A stretch of 64,000 nucleotides of DNA, from the NCBI GenBank assembly GCA_963781585.1, contig CAWAGQ010000012.1, forward strand, positions 1-64,000. The letters are read 5' to 3'. Each line of letters starts with the position of its first letter. Position 1 is the first letter of the stretch. Shown in pieces: positions 30,098 through 42,683 of the stretch. Origin of the DNA: an uncultured Gemmatimonadaceae bacterium (GTDB lineage: Bacteria; Gemmatimonadota; Gemmatimonadetes; Gemmatimonadales; Gemmatimonadaceae). Under the pieces are notes generated by a model, which saw nothing but the letters and a program-made list of their open reading frames with translations, did not search any database and had not been told where the DNA came from. The position numbers were made by a program, and so were the translations under genes.

Positions 30098-31787
30098 GGC
30101 TGGATCCGTTCGAAAACGAAAGCGTTCGGGGTGTGGCCGGCTCGCCGGAGGAGCGGATGGTCTCCGGCGGAGAGGGCGTTCGCGGCGTCGACAGCGGGCT
30201 GCCACGCGGTGATGTAGATAGCGCGGCTGGTAGCGCTCGATCACGTCGCGCACACTGGCCAGCGTCTCGGCCGCCGAGAGCGGATGGATGCGCTCCCGTG
30301 GCAGAAAGGTAGAGACGGGGACGGCCCGCCGCCCCGTGTACAGGTAGACGATGAGATCGTGCTCGGTGGACAGTACGTCATCGGGCGCGGTGTGCTGCGC
30401 CACCCACTCGACGATCGGCTTGGCGCTCTGCCCGCCCTGCCGCTGTACCGACGCCCACCAGGCGCCGCGATACCCGCGCACGTTGTAGGTGACGTGACCA
30501 GCGACCACGGCCGCCGACAACGCGAGCGCCGCCCAGCGCGCGGCTCGCGTCGGTCCGCGGCGCGGGCGCCAGCGCCAGAGGGTCAGGATGGCGGCGCCGG
30601 TCACCACCGCGAGCAGCGGCCACACCGCAAGCACGAACCGGTCGGGCTCGAACGGCCAGAGCACGATCACCCCGACGTAGAACAGCGAGAAAGAGCACCG
30701 TGACCGGCGCGCGCCTGACGAGCGCGAGCAATCCGCCGAAGAAGAGCGCGACCAACGTGAGAAATGCCACGAGGTGCGGCCAGGAGGCGCGCACCGGCAT
30801 GAACAGATAGCCGAGGACGCGGTTCAGGCCCGCGACGTTGACCTGAACGACGGACCACGCGAACGGGAGGCCGCCCAGCGGTAGCCGTCGATCAGCCAGG
30901 AGCCGTACGCGCCGTACTTGCCGGCCAGGACCGGTGGGACTTCGTGCTGATAGGCGGAGACCCAGAGCTGCCAGGGAACCAGCAGGAGGCTCGGCGCCGG
31001 CCACGAGCGCGAGCGCCGCCCGCTCATGCGCCGGCGCACCAGGAGCACCAGCGCCGCCGCCGGAACCGCCACCGCGCCGAGCGTGCGCACCAGCGCCACC
31101 ACCCCAGCAGCGCGCCGCTGAGCGCGGCCATGCGCGCGTCGTCGTCGCGTGCGCTTCGCTCGGCCAGGAGCAGGGCCGGAATCAGCGACGCCATGAACAG
31201 CGGCTCCGACAGGATCACGCCGGTAATGAGCAGCACCACCACCGACAGCGTTCCGGCCAGCGCCGCGCCCGATGCGAGGAGGGGCGAGAGCCGCAAGACG
31301 CCGGCGGCAGAACTGGTAGACGCCGAGCGCGGCCAGGGACAGAAGAGCCGCGTTCGCGAACTTGAATACGACGATGTTGTCAGGGAAATCGTGGTGCCAG
31401 GCGCCAGAGCATGGCCAGCACGAGCGGGTAGCCCGGCGGATAGTGCGTGGCGTGCGGCGCGCCGGGGAGATTGATCGAGGCGGTACCCCTCACCGGTGGC
31501 CAGCGCCTTCGCCAGCACGGTGTAGATGGCGTCGTCCTCGAACACGCCGACCGGCCATGGCGTGATGGTGAGGATGGCCACCAGCAACACGATGGCGACG
31601 AGCAGGAACGGGAGGAGCTTCTGGAGTCTCGCCGCGCGTCCTCGGCGTTCCAGGCCGTCACCCGTGGTGTGGCGGCCGCCGAGCCGACGGGAGCGGGCGC
31701 TCCCACCGGGCCGGTGATCGCGCCTGGAACCGGCGCCGGTTGTCCGACGCCCCCCCAGGGGTCGCTCGCGGCGCGTGGCGCGCTCAC
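30094..31787 (-). CDS. Multi-pass membrane protein, GT-C (PMT/ArnT-like) glycosyltransferase; several frameshifts
   Basis: Pieces across frames: WPVGVFEDDAIYTVLAKALATGEG, HYPPGYP, ILSEPLF, WPFEPDRFV, VYLYTGRRAVP. Confidence 0.6.
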
Positions 31788-33332
31788 TCCGGCGTCCTTT
31801 CGTAGACGACGCCGCGCGTCAACACGGCCGCGATGCGCATGTGCGCGGGGTCGCGACGCGCCAGCTCGCGGGCCGCCATGACGCCGTAGCTGGTCGAGCA
31901 CAGGACGTAGCGCGGCTGGTAGCGCGCGATGATCCGCGCGAGCTGGTGCGGCGAAGGCGTAGGTCTGGGCTCGCAGGTACTCCTGCGGCGTGAAGGTGCC
32001 CACCGGCACGGCCCGGCGGCCGGTGTACAGGTTGAGCAGCGCGTCGTCGTCGGTGGCCAGGACGTCGTCGGGCGCGGTGTGGGTGCGCGCCCAGGCCACG
32101 AGGGGCGTGGCGCGCTCGGTGTTGGCGCGGGGGATCGTGTCCCACCAGCGCTGTCGCACGCCGCGCACGTTGTAGACGGCGAATCCGCACGCCAGGAGCG
32201 CCGCCGGGCCAGGCGGCGCCGCGGATCGCCCGGCGGCCCGGGTGCCATGGACCCAGCGGCCGTGGCGACGTTGCCGGGCAGGAGGATCCCGAACAGCGGA
32301 AGGATCGCCCACACGAACCGCGTGGGGTCGAACGGCCAGACGAGCACCAGCGACAGGTACGGCATCGATGAAGAGCAGCGTACCGGCATCCGCCGCGCGG
32401 AGCGAACTGGCCGAGCCCGGTGAGCCAGGAGCACCGACGAGTCGCGACCGCAGGCCGGGCGCCGGCCCGGCGCCGCGGGATCCACCCCCGAGAACACTTC
32501 CCCGCCATGTCGTCGAGCTCCGTGGAGGTTCGTCGCCACCACGCGGACCAGGAACGGGATCCCGCCGCTTCGCACCGCAGCGGCAAGCCACGCCCGTAGG
32601 CCCCGTACTTGCCGACCAGCACCGGCGGCACCTCCGCGGCCGGTGCGCCCGCCCACAGTTGCCACGGCACGAGAAAGCGCGCCGCGCCGGGAGCGCCAGC
32701 GCCGCGCCTCGCCAGTGGCGCCGGCCGACCAGGACCATCACCAGCGCCGGAATCAGCAAGCGCCCGGCGTCCGCACCATGGCGAGGAGCCGGCGCACGCG
32801 GCCCGTCGCCGAACGCATCACGCGCTCGCCCGCCATCGGCCGCGCGCTCCGCGAGGAGCAGCGCCGGAAGCAGGAGCGCCATGAACATCGGCTCGGAGAG
32901 CACGAACACGCCGAAGATGAGGGGCGGCGCAGCGCCACCGGCGGCGAGGCACACCACGGCAGCCCCCGCGCCGGAGATCGCCGCGCGAGTGCGCGCGAAG
33001 GAGTGAAACGTGCCGGCCGCGGCAAGGGCGAGAAAGACGGCGTTGGCGAAGGTGAACACCGCGACGTTGGACGGGAACCGCGGCGCGAACTGCCAGAGCA
33101 GTGCGAGAAACGCCGGGTATGCCGGCGGATAGTGCGTCGCGTGCGGAAGCCCGGGGATGTTCAGGTAGCGGAAGCCGTGTCCCGTCGCCAGGGCCTTTGC
33201 GAGGACGGTGTAGATGCCGTCGTCCTGAAAGACGCCGACCGGCCACGTCGCCATGGCCGCGAGGGCCGCGAGCAGGGTGACGGCTGGCGGCGACGGGCCC
33301 GATGGCGAGCAGGCGGGGCGATGGGGCCTCAC
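31784..33332 (-). CDS. Paralogous GT-C-type membrane glycosyltransferase; several frameshifts
   Basis: WPVGVFQDDGIYTVLAKALATGHG, HYPPAYP, VLSEPMF, WPFDPTRFV, LNLYTGRRAVP. Confidence 0.6.
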
Positions 33333-34714
33333 GACTCCGTTCCGAAGCGCGACAGCTTGCGGTGCAGCGTCGACGGGTCGATGCCTAACGTCTCGGCCGC
33401 CCGCGTCTTGTTCCCGCCCTCGCTCTGCAGCACCCACAGGATGTACGCCCGCTCGATGGCGTCGAGCGTGGGGTTCGGCCTGGCCCGGTCTCCACGAGCC
33501 GCTCCGGCGTCCGGCGTGCGTCACCCGCTCGGGCAGCGCTGCGGCTCGATGCGTCGCCCGTCCGTGAGGATCACGGCCCGCTCCAGCGCGTTCTCGAGCT
33601 CGCGCACGTTGCCGGGCCAGGGATAGGACTGCACGACCTCGAGTGCGCCGCGGCGCTCAGCTGCTTCGGCGGCTCGCCGCGCTGCGCGGCCGACGCTGCA
33701 GGAACGACTCGACGAGCAGCGGGATGTCGTCCCTGCGCTCGCGCAGCGGCGGCAGGTGGATGGCGATCACGTTGAGCCGGTAGTACAGGTCCTGGCGGAA
33801 GGTGCCGCGGCGGATCTCCTCCTCGAGGTCGCGGTTGGTGGCCGCGACCAGGCGCGTGTCGATCGGCACGGACTCGGTGGCGCCCACCGGGATGACCTTC
33901 CGCTGCTGGAGCACGCGCAGCAGCTTCACCTGCGTGGCCGGCGTCGTCTCGCCGATCTCGTCGAGGAAGAACGTGCCCTTCGCCGCCGCCGTGAACAGGC
34001 CGCGCCTTGTCCTTCACGGCGCCGGTGAACGAGCCCTTCACGTGGCCGAACAGCTCGCTCTCCAGCAGGCTCTCCGGCAGCGCGCCGCAGTTGATCGAGA
34101 GGAACGGGCCATCCGCGCGGTTGCGAGAGGTCGTGGATGTAGCGCGCGATGACCTCCTTGCCGGTGCCCGATTCGCCCTGAATCAGCACCGTCGAGTCGG
34201 TCGGCGCGACGGTCTCCGCCAGGCGCAGCACGTCGAGCCACGACTTGCTCTTCCCCACCGGCCGGCCGCCCGATGGTCGTGTCGCGGCGCCGGATCTCCT
34301 GCTTGAGCGACTTGTTCTCGACGCGCAGGTGCCGGTGCTCGGCCGCGCGCCTCAGGATCGCCAGCAGCTCGTCGTTGCGGAACGGCTTCTGGATGTAGTA
34401 GTACGCGCCCTCGTTCACCGCCTGCATCGCCGACTGCAGCGTGGCCTGCGCCGTCATGAGGATCACCGGCATGTCCGGGTCCTGCTGGCGCGCCGCGCTG
34501 AGGATCTCCAGCCCGCCCACGTCCGGCATGCGCACGTCGCTGAGCACGATGTCCGGCGCGAGCGACGTCGATCTGCTCGAGCCCCTGCTTGCCGCCCAGC
34601 GCGACGTGCGGCGTGAAGCCCTCGTTCTTGAGCAGGATGCGGAGCGACTCGAGGATGCCCGCCTCGTCGTCGACGACGAGGACGCTCGGTCCGTTGCCGT
34701 GCGCGGTCGGTCAT
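33329..34714 (-). CDS. pilR: Sigma-54-dependent response regulator (PilR-like); frameshifted in this assembly
   Basis: Receiver [10 protein letters not shown]...[49 protein letters not shown]. Confidence 0.8.
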
Positions 34715-36359
34715 CGGTCTCCGGCTTCGGTCTGTGGAGCGGCAGCAGCACGGTCACGCGCGTCCCGTGTCGTCGCTGTCGACGAAGACGAAGCCGCGGT
34801 GGGCCTCGATGGCGCGGTGGACGACCGCCAGGCCCAGCCCGCTGCCGCCGGGCTTGGTGGTGAAGAACGGGTCGAACAGCCGGTCGCGGATCTCGGCGGG
34901 ATGCCCGGGCCGTCGTCGGAGACGCGGAGCGCGACGCCGCCGCGATCGAACGAGACGCCGGCCGGCGCGTCGTCGAGCGCAGCGGCGCGACCTCGACGCG
35001 CACCGACCGGCTGGGCGGGACGCCTGCACCGCGTTGAGCGCGAGGTTGAAGACCGCGCGATGCAGCAGGTCCTCGTCGCCCTCGATGCAGAGCGACGTCG
35101 TCCGGCGTCGTGCACGCGATCTCGACGTCCTCGGGGCGATCCGGGTTGGTGGCGGCGAGATCGCCGCCCCGCGCGCCACCGCGCCGATGTCGAGCCGCTC
35201 CACGCGGGACCCGCGCACGCGCGCGAAGTCGAGGAACTCGGAGAGCAGCCGCGACAGGCGATCGGACTCCCGGACGATGAGGTTGTGAGCGTGCGCTCGT
35301 CCGCCGTGGCCTTCGGCGAGCGCCCGAGCTGCTCCACCGCCCTCCGGATGGACGCCAGCGGATTCTTGATCTCGTGCGCGAGCGAGGCGCTCAGCTCGGC
35401 GACCGCCTCGAGCCGCTCGGCGCGCATGTGCAGCGTGTCGAGCCGCTTCTGGTCGGAGATGTCCTGGAAGATCGCCGTCGCCGTTCGCCCGGTCGCCGCC
35501 GGTCTCGGCCGCCGACGTCATGGTGGTGTTGAGGCCGATCGGGAACTGCCGCGTGCGTGGTCGCGACGCGTCCCTCGGCGCGCGTCGTGCGCACCCCTTC
35601 GGCCGCGCGCTCGAGCGCGCGCGCGAGCGCGGGCGAAACCGGCTCGATAGGCCGAGCACCGGGTCCCCGACTCGGCGTCCCAGATCGACGCCGAGGAGCG
35701 AGCTGGCCGCGGGGTTGGCGTACAGCAGCGTTCCCCACTCATCGACGGTGACGATCCCGCTGCGGATGTTCCGCAGGATGTCGTGGCCTGCAGGCGCGCC
35801 TTGACCAGCTCCGCCGCGAACTCCCCGTGCCGGCACGCGCCTCGCGCAGCCGCGTGGCGATGTAGCCCGCGCAGGGCGACCGTGCCGAAGACCCCGAGCT
35901 GCAGCCAGAGTCCGAGGTCCAGGGGCGATGGTGCCGAGCAGGACGTCGGCGAAGTACAGCCCGCAGCCGAGCGCGGCGATCAGCAGCCCCGTGGTCGGCA
36001 GGAGCAGCGCCGCGGTGGCGATGACCAGGATGTAGAGCGCCGCGAATTGCGACGTGCCGCCGCCGGTGATGTGCACGACGCCGTCACCAGCACGAGGTCG
36101 AACAGTGCCTGCGGCGAAGAACGCCGGACGAGCGGACTCCGGTAGACTCGCTGTAGACCGCCGACCCGGCGGTGAAGATCATCGCGCCCATGATGAGCAG
36201 CGACGCGACCAGCGTGTCGGTCTTCTCCGCGTCGCGCCACGCAAAGACGGCGGCGAGGAAGATCGCAGCCGTCATGGCGAGCCGCCCCACGTACATCCAG
36301 CGCAGCAAGGCGTCGAGGTTCCAGGATGGTCGGCGCGCGGCGGAAGCCTGAGTGGTCAC
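34711..36359 (-). CDS. pilS: Membrane sensor histidine kinase (PilS-like); frameshifted
   Basis: N-terminal TMs with HITGGGTSQF, PAS-like ILRNIRSGIVTVD, H-box LAHEIKNPLASI, FDPFFTTKPGGSGLGL; start approximate. Confidence 0.75.
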
Positions 36360-36478
36360 GCGGTGATCCGAAGTGCGGGTATGGCAACCTGCAATACGCC
36401 GGCTCGGCTGGGTGGTGCGTTTTGCCATGCTGTGGACGACTGGGAGGAAAGGCGAGGCAATGGGCGCATGGAGGACGA

Positions 36479-36615
36479 AGGTCAGAGAGGCCAAAGGTCA
36501 GAGGCGAGAGGCCAAAGGCCAGAGGCCAAAGGCGAGAGGCGAAAGGCCAAAGGTCAGAGGCCAAAGGCGAAAGGGCAGAGGCGGAAGGCGAAAAGGGCAG
36601 AGGTCGAAGGCCAAA
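36479..36615. repeat. Degenerate heptamer array (AGGCCAA/AGGYCAG/AGGCGAR), ~19 units
   Basis: aggtcagagaggccaaaggtcagaggcgagaggccaaaggccagaggccaaaggcgagaggcgaaaggccaaaggtcag... Confidence 0.85.
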
Positions 36616-36733
36616 CGACGCGCGACGGGAAGGCTGCTTGCTAGGCACTGCCTACAGCCAGGAGGCGCGGGCCCACAACTATTTTGGACCCGAGGTCACC
36701 GTGGCGTCACGGGCCGAGCATTTCGCGGCGCCG

Positions 36734-37191
36734 ATGCCGCACAAGTCCTCATCAGGCGCCCGGGACGAGGGGCTCCGGGTCGACCCTCGATCACGCTATT
36801 CCGCGCGAGGAGCTCCACGTGCGGGCGACACGGTCGGGCGGCCCGGGGGGCCAGCACGTGAACGTGACGTCGTCGCGGATCGAGGTTCGCTGGAACCCGC
36901 TGCGCCCGGGCGTTCTCCGCGGAAGAACGGGAGCGCGTCGTCGCGAAGCTGTCGAACCGCCTGGACGGCGAGGGGTTTCTGCGCGTCGTGTCGAGCGAAA
37001 CGCGCAGTCAGCGTCAGAACCGGGACCTGGCGGAGGCGCGTCTGGCGGAACTCGTCAGGCGGGCGCTGATCGTGCCGAAGCCCAGGAAGGCGACCAAGCC
37101 ATCGCGTGCGGTGCGCGAAGCCCGGTTATCCGAGAAGCGCCGGCGCTCCGAACGGAAGCGTGAACGAAGGCGCGGGGAGGGATGGGAGTGA
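36734..37191 (+). CDS. arfB: Alternative ribosome rescue peptidyl-tRNA hydrolase; frameshifted
   Basis: ATRSGGPGGQHVN (GGQ), RSQRQNR, PKPRKATKPS...RLSEKRRRSERK basic tail. Confidence 0.88.
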
Positions 37192-37286
37192 GGAGTCTCA
37201 AGGCGCAAAGGCCGAAGGCCGAGTCCAATGTACTGCGCCGAAGGCTAAGGCCTGTGGCCCTTGATCCCTGACCCTCTGACCTCCCA

Positions 37287-38010
37287 TCACTGAATCGAAA
37301 ACGACACCCCAACCCGATACGTGACCAGATTGGCATCGCTCTGGATGGTGTGCAGCACGATGTCGCCGTTGGGAAGATCCTCGATGCCACCCTTTCGCAG
37401 GTAGCTCACCTGGCCGTTGTTGTGGTATCGCGCGCCAAGATCGATGGCGACTTCGCCCTTTCGGGTCTTGAAGGGGATGAGCAGGCCGCCGCCGACGCCC
37501 CAGGCGAAGGTGCCGTCGTGATAGTTCTTCGTCTGGGCAAGCTTTGGTTGTCGGGGAGCCTTCCACGGAGCTTTCCGTGAAGAAGTAGGAAAACCCGGCG
37601 CTGGCATTCGCGTAGGGGCGGAAGCCGGGAAGCGGCAGCGTGAGCTGCGGTCCGATGCCCATCCAGACAATGTTGTTGGACGTGGTGAGATCCACGAGGA
37701 TCCGGCCGCCGATGGTCGAGGACAGCGGGACGCGCTTTTTTTCGTGTCCGTACTGCAGCCAACCGCCGTCGATGCGCAGACTGAGCACGCCGCGCCGGTC
37801 GGCGTTCCAGCGGAAAAACGCGTCGAGCCCCCAGCCGTGGTCCACATAGTCGTGAAATCGCCACCGGCGACGCCGTAGTTGGCGGCGCCACCGACGGCGA
37901 AGCGGTAGGTCGCGGCGATCGGTGAGGAGGCGGAGGCGCGGGAGCGCGAGAAACGTGGCGCGGGAACGACTGAGACGCGATGAAGGCGCGTAACGAAATG
38001 AGGACAGGTA
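37287..38010 (-). CDS. Outer-membrane beta-barrel protein; frameshifted, start uncertain
   Basis: Amphipathic strands GWGLDAFF, RPYANASAGFSYF, FAWGVGGGL, C-terminal YRVGVSF. Confidence 0.6.
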
Positions 38011-38169
38011 TGTAGCGAGCGGTTCCTTGCTGGAGAGACGGCGAGCCGCCCGTGACGTGTCTGTGCGGCCGCATCACCTGTCCGACCGTCATCGCGGCTG
38101 CCGCCTCACCACGCACGTACCCGTGCCGCCTGGTTTCTCCTGGCGCCGCAGGCCACGCCGGCAGAGGGG

Positions 38170-40750
38170 CCTTACGGAACCCGAAACCTTCCTCCGGTTC
38201 GTACGGGGGTCGGGGTTTCCCCACATCCCGAAGTCGTCGTCCTCGCCGAAGGGATCGCCCGGCGGCGCACGCAGGGCACGGGTGGTCGCGGGAAGCTCCG
38301 CTTGTCCAGCCAGCGCGTGAAGTCGGCCTGGACCTCGGTCCAGTGCGCGCGATTCTCGAGGTTCCCCTGCCCGGCGCGCTGCTTTGCCATGGGCAACCAG
38401 TTCCGGATCCGGTACTCGGCGATCGCCCGCACATCCCGCGGCGTCGCTGTCGGCGGCCAGTAACATCACCCGATCGATCACCGCGCGCTGCGTGGCCCGC
38501 AGGATTCCGGCTCTTCGCGGTCCATGGTTCCGGGCTGCATGCGTACCGCCGCGATGCGGTCGATCAGCTCGTTGAACGTGAGGGGATTCTTCTGGTAACG
38601 CGCAAACTGAATCAGGCTGGGCATCGCGGTCGGCTCTGGAGCAGCGCATCGACCACCATCTGCGCCAGTGTGCGCGCGGCGCCGAACTCGTCGAACACGG
38701 GACGGGTGCGGCGGGAGAAGAGCTCCACGCCACCGTTGAAACCCGGAGGCGCAGGCGGGAGCAGCGGAGTACCGTGTCGGGAATCGCCAGCTCCGTGGGG
38801 CTCAGGGCAAGGAGTAACTGATCCAGCGCCTGACGCTGGCGCGCAGGCTCCACCGGCCGCGTCGCGGCTGCCCATCGCCGCGTACTCCGTAGCTGTATTC
38901 CATGCCACCGATCGTCTTCCGATGCGGATGATGCCCCAGCGATGGAAGAGGTAGAGCGGCACGAATCGGTCGTGCAGGAGTGCAATCGGCTCGCCGGGGC
39001 GGATGTTGCGCAACCCGTAGCGCGCCATGGCCACGCGGCGCACGTCCATCTGTCGCTTGAGGAATTCCACGGGTGTCTTGGCATCGTCCCAGATGCTGAC
39101 GCGCGGATCGGAGCCGTTCTCGGGTCGGCCGTCCTGGTCCGTGAGGAACAGGTAGCCTTTCTTCAGCCCTTCATCGACGATGGCCTTGAGTGAATCGGCT
39201 TCGCTGGCGGGCGGGAAGATGCCGTAGGCCCAGTGGATTGCCCATACGTCGTAGTCGCCCGGCCCCGACGCGTAGGCCTGGCTCAGATCGATCCACCCTG
39301 GGCGTCAATCGCACGCGCGGCGCCGGGTAGTCCATCACCGAGCCGCGCTCGTAGGTGGACTGCGATGTAGTTGTGCGCCATGCCGAGCGTGTGGCCGAGC
39401 TCGTGGGCGGTCACCTGGCGGATGCGGGCGAGGACGAAATGCGTGTCGGCCGGCGACGGGTCGGCGCCCATGAGCGAGGCGTAGATGTTGTAGTCGGTGC
39501 GATTGCGGTGCGAATCCATGTGGGCGACGCCCTTGATGTTCTCTCCGGTGCGCGGGTCGCCTAACGAGCCGCCGAACGACCAGCCCCGCTCGTTGCGGTT
39601 GATCCAGAGCACCATGTTGTAGCGGATGTCCATCGGTCGGCGCCGGGCGGCAGGTCGCGCACCACGAATCCGCCGCGGAGTCCGGCGCGGTCGAAGGCCT
39701 GCGACCAGAAGTGCGCCCCGTTCTATGGATGCGGTGCGCAGCGGCTCCGGAATGCCCGGGTCGACGTAATACACGATCGGATTCTTGATGGGACTGTTGG
39801 GATCGTTCGGATTGGTGCGTTCCAGCCGGAAGCGCGAAATCCAGTGCTGATCGAGACGGCCCTGGATGGGCTGCCCGTAGTCGTTGAACGAGATGCCGAA
39901 GAAGCCGATGCGCGGATCGACGGCGCGGGACGATACCCCGCGTCAGGCAGGCGCACGAAGCTCAGGTGCTGGTGCAGCGTGACGGCGTGTCCGTCGGCGA
40001 GGATCCGCGATGAGGATCCCCGGCGCGCCGTTGGTGACGAACGTGAGCGACGAGTCGAGCCACTGTTATCCGGGAAGCCCTTCGTGTACGGCTGGTAGAC
40101 GGACGACCGGTCGCGCACCACCTGGTAGTTCCCCTGCCTGCTCCCCTGGAGCGTCTGGCCGACGTCGGTCCAGTCCCGGTAGGCGAACTCGTGGCGTCCA
40201 CCAGCACGCGTCCACCCTCGTCGGCGAGCACCGGCAGCGAGGCGATAATGCTGGGCGGGAACGACTGCGCCACAGAGAACTGGTGCGCGGCGTTGTTCGC
40301 GAGCGACGCGCGTAGTTCCAGTTCTCGAAGAGCACCATGACGCGGTCGCCGCTGCGCACGAAGTCCGTGACGTTTTCCAGGCCGCCGCCGCCGCGGTCGA
40401 TGCCGATGGGATTGGAGCCCAGGCCGGTGGCCTGCTGCGCGAAGAAGAGCATCTGCATCGAGTCGCGCGGGATCTCAAGTACACCTTGCCCCTCTTCTCT
40501 TCCGTGTAGATCGGCAGGAAGCCGTCGTGCTGCTGGAAGCTGCGTGCGTTCGGCGATGGTCGCAGCTGCGGGACGGGTGCCGGCGTTTCCGGGGTTCGGC
40601 GCGGGGAGCTGTGTCGGCGGCGTCGGCTCCGGCCGCGGCGCGGGGGTGGGGGGGCGGGCGGGGGTGGGGGTGCACGACAGCGCTGAGCATGAGTGGTCGC
40701 GAGCAGCGCGGTCGCGAGCAGCGCGGGTCCGCGAGAAGAGTGTCCACTAT
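38170..40750 (-). CDS. Zinc-dependent metzincin protease (DUF5117/DUF4953-type); many frameshifts, ends approximate
   Basis: YYVDPGIPEP, DPRTGENIKG, AHELGHTLGMAHNY (HExxHxxGxxH), FVPLYLFHR. Confidence 0.75.
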
Positions 40751-41080
40751 GGGGATGCGGTGGGCTCGGCGCGAGGGTGACGTCAGATCGGGCATGAATG
40801 GGCGACAGGCTCGCATGGGAAGGGGGCGCGTCTGTCTCGTCGGGACGCCGAGGAGCGCGAGGCCATGGACCCGAGGGGGTCGAGGCGTCGCAAGTGCGGG
40901 TGGAGTGTCAGTGTGCGGTCGTGCGGCATGGCCTGTGGTCTTTCACCCATGGCCTGTGGCCCATGGGCAGTGACCATAGCTCAGAGGCCATGGGCCATAG
41001 CCTCCTCCCACCAGCATCCCAAGGGCAGGAGCGAATCGGTGCCTCGTATGGGCTATGGCCGGTGGCCTGTGCCCTCTCCG

Positions 41081-42082
41081 ATGATCTTTCTTATCGTGTT
41101 GACGGTTTGTGTTGACGAAATTGGCGCGGCGCGCGAGCGGATCGCGCCGTACCTGACGCCGACGCCGCTCCTGCGCGTACGCCGAGCTGGATGCGGCGGT
41201 CGGGCACGGCATCCGTGTGTTCGTCAAGCACGAGAACTTTCAGCCGACGGGCGCGTTCAAGGTACGGAACGGACTGTCGCTCATGATGGTGCTGCCGTAC
41301 GCCGAGCGGCAACGCGGCGTGGTGGCGGCCATGCTGAAGAAATCACGGTCTGGGCGTGGCGTTCGCCGCCCACGCGTTCGGCGTGCGCGCCACGATCTGC
41401 GTCCCGGCGGGGAACAACCCCGAGAAGAACGCGGCCATGGTGTGCGATAGGCGCGCCGGGTCGTCCAGGAGGGACGCGACTATGATGACGCCACGGCGGC
41501 GGGCCGACGGGATCGGCCCGGCCGGGGACGAAGGGGCCACGCTTGCGCACTCGACGAATGAGGTGGGGGTGATCGCCGGAGCGGGCACGATGTCGCTGGA
41601 GATGCTGGAGCAGGGCAGCCTGGGCTCGACGCGATGGTGATCGCGGTCGGCGGCGGGTCGCAGGCGGTTGCAGCGATGGCGGTGGCGCGCGCCCGGGAGC
41701 CGCGGCGCTCGCGGTGTACGCGGTGCAGGCGGCCGGGGCGTCGGCGGCGCACGAAAAGAGGAACGCCGGCCGGCGGCTCACCACGCCGTCCGCGGACACC
41801 TTCGCCGACGGTCTCGCCACGCGCGCGACGTACGATCTTACCTTTCCGGCGTTGCAGGAGAGCCTGGCTGATTTCGTGACGGTGACCGACGCCGAGATCG
41901 CCGAAGCGATGCGCCTGGTGCTGCGGACGACGCATTCACTGGTGGAAGGCGCGGGGGCGGCCGGGCTCGCGGGGTTGAGGAAGCTGGCGCCGCGCCTGCG
42001 TGGCCAGTGCATCGGCGTCGTGCTGTCGGGCGCGAACGTGGATCTGGAGACCCTGCGACGGGTGGCGAGTGGGGAGCTGTGA
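41081..42082 (+). CDS. PLP-dependent threonine/serine dehydratase; frameshifted
   Basis: [56 protein letters not shown]. Confidence 0.85.
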
Positions 42083-42129
42083 GAGCGAACCCCACCGCGA
42101 GTTGCCGACAACCCCAGCCCTGATGCCTG

Positions 42130-42573
42130 GTGGCATCCAGGCCCAATCTCCATGCCCGCCCCTCCCCCTCCCCTCCCCCTCCCCCTCACCCTCCCCAACG
42201 TGTCCGCCTCGACAAGTGGCTCTGGGCCGCGCGCTTCTACAAGACGCGCGCCCTGGCCGCCGAGGCGATCGATGCAGGCCGCGTCGAGGTGAACGACGAG
42301 CGCGCCAAGCGCGCGCGCCACGTCGCGACGGGTGACCGCATTCGCATCCGCAAGCCTCCGTTCGAACAGCGAGTGACCGTGCGCGGGTTGTCGGAGACCC
42401 GGGGACCCGCGCCGGTGGCCGCCACGCTGTACGAGGAGTTCGAGGAGAGCCGCCAGGCGCGCGAAGAACTGGCGAAGCAGATGAAGCAGCTCGGGCCGCC
42501 GGTGTTCCGCGACAAGGGGCATCCGTCGAAGAAGGAGCGACGGATCATCGACAAATGGCGGGGGCGACGGTAG
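42130..42573 (+). CDS. hslR: Ribosome-associated heat shock protein Hsp15 (S4 domain)
   Basis: VRLDKWLWAARFYKTRALA, RGPAPVAATLYEE, GHPSKKERR; start uncertain because of a C-rich run. Confidence 0.9.
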   Translation: MASRPNLHARPSPSPPPPPHPPQRVRLDKWLWAARFYKTRALAAEAIDAGRVEVNDERAKRARHVATGDRIRIRKPPFEQRVTVRGLSETRGPAPVAATLYEEFEESRQAREELAKQMKQLGPPVFRDKGHPSKKERRIIDKWRGRR

Positions 42574-42683
42574 GACGTGAGAGGCGGGATTCCCCTCCGC
42601 AGTCCAGAGTCCATAGGTCATTGGCCACAGGCCATGCCCATCGCTCTGCAATGGACTACGTGCATACGTCTGTGGCCTCTGGC

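Noticed and set aside
36479..36615. Possible CRISPR array
   Set aside because: 7-bp tandem units with no unique spacers; no cas genes in the window
36326..36861. ORFs with QRPEAKG/LWPLAFG-type peptide repeats
   Set aside because: Translations of the heptamer DNA array, not credible proteins
30094..42082. Apparent mass pseudogenisation or programmed frameshifting of pilS/pilR, GT-C genes, arfB, the protease and the dehydratase
   Set aside because: Frequent single-base indels across unrelated genes with motifs otherwise intact fit low-coverage long-read error
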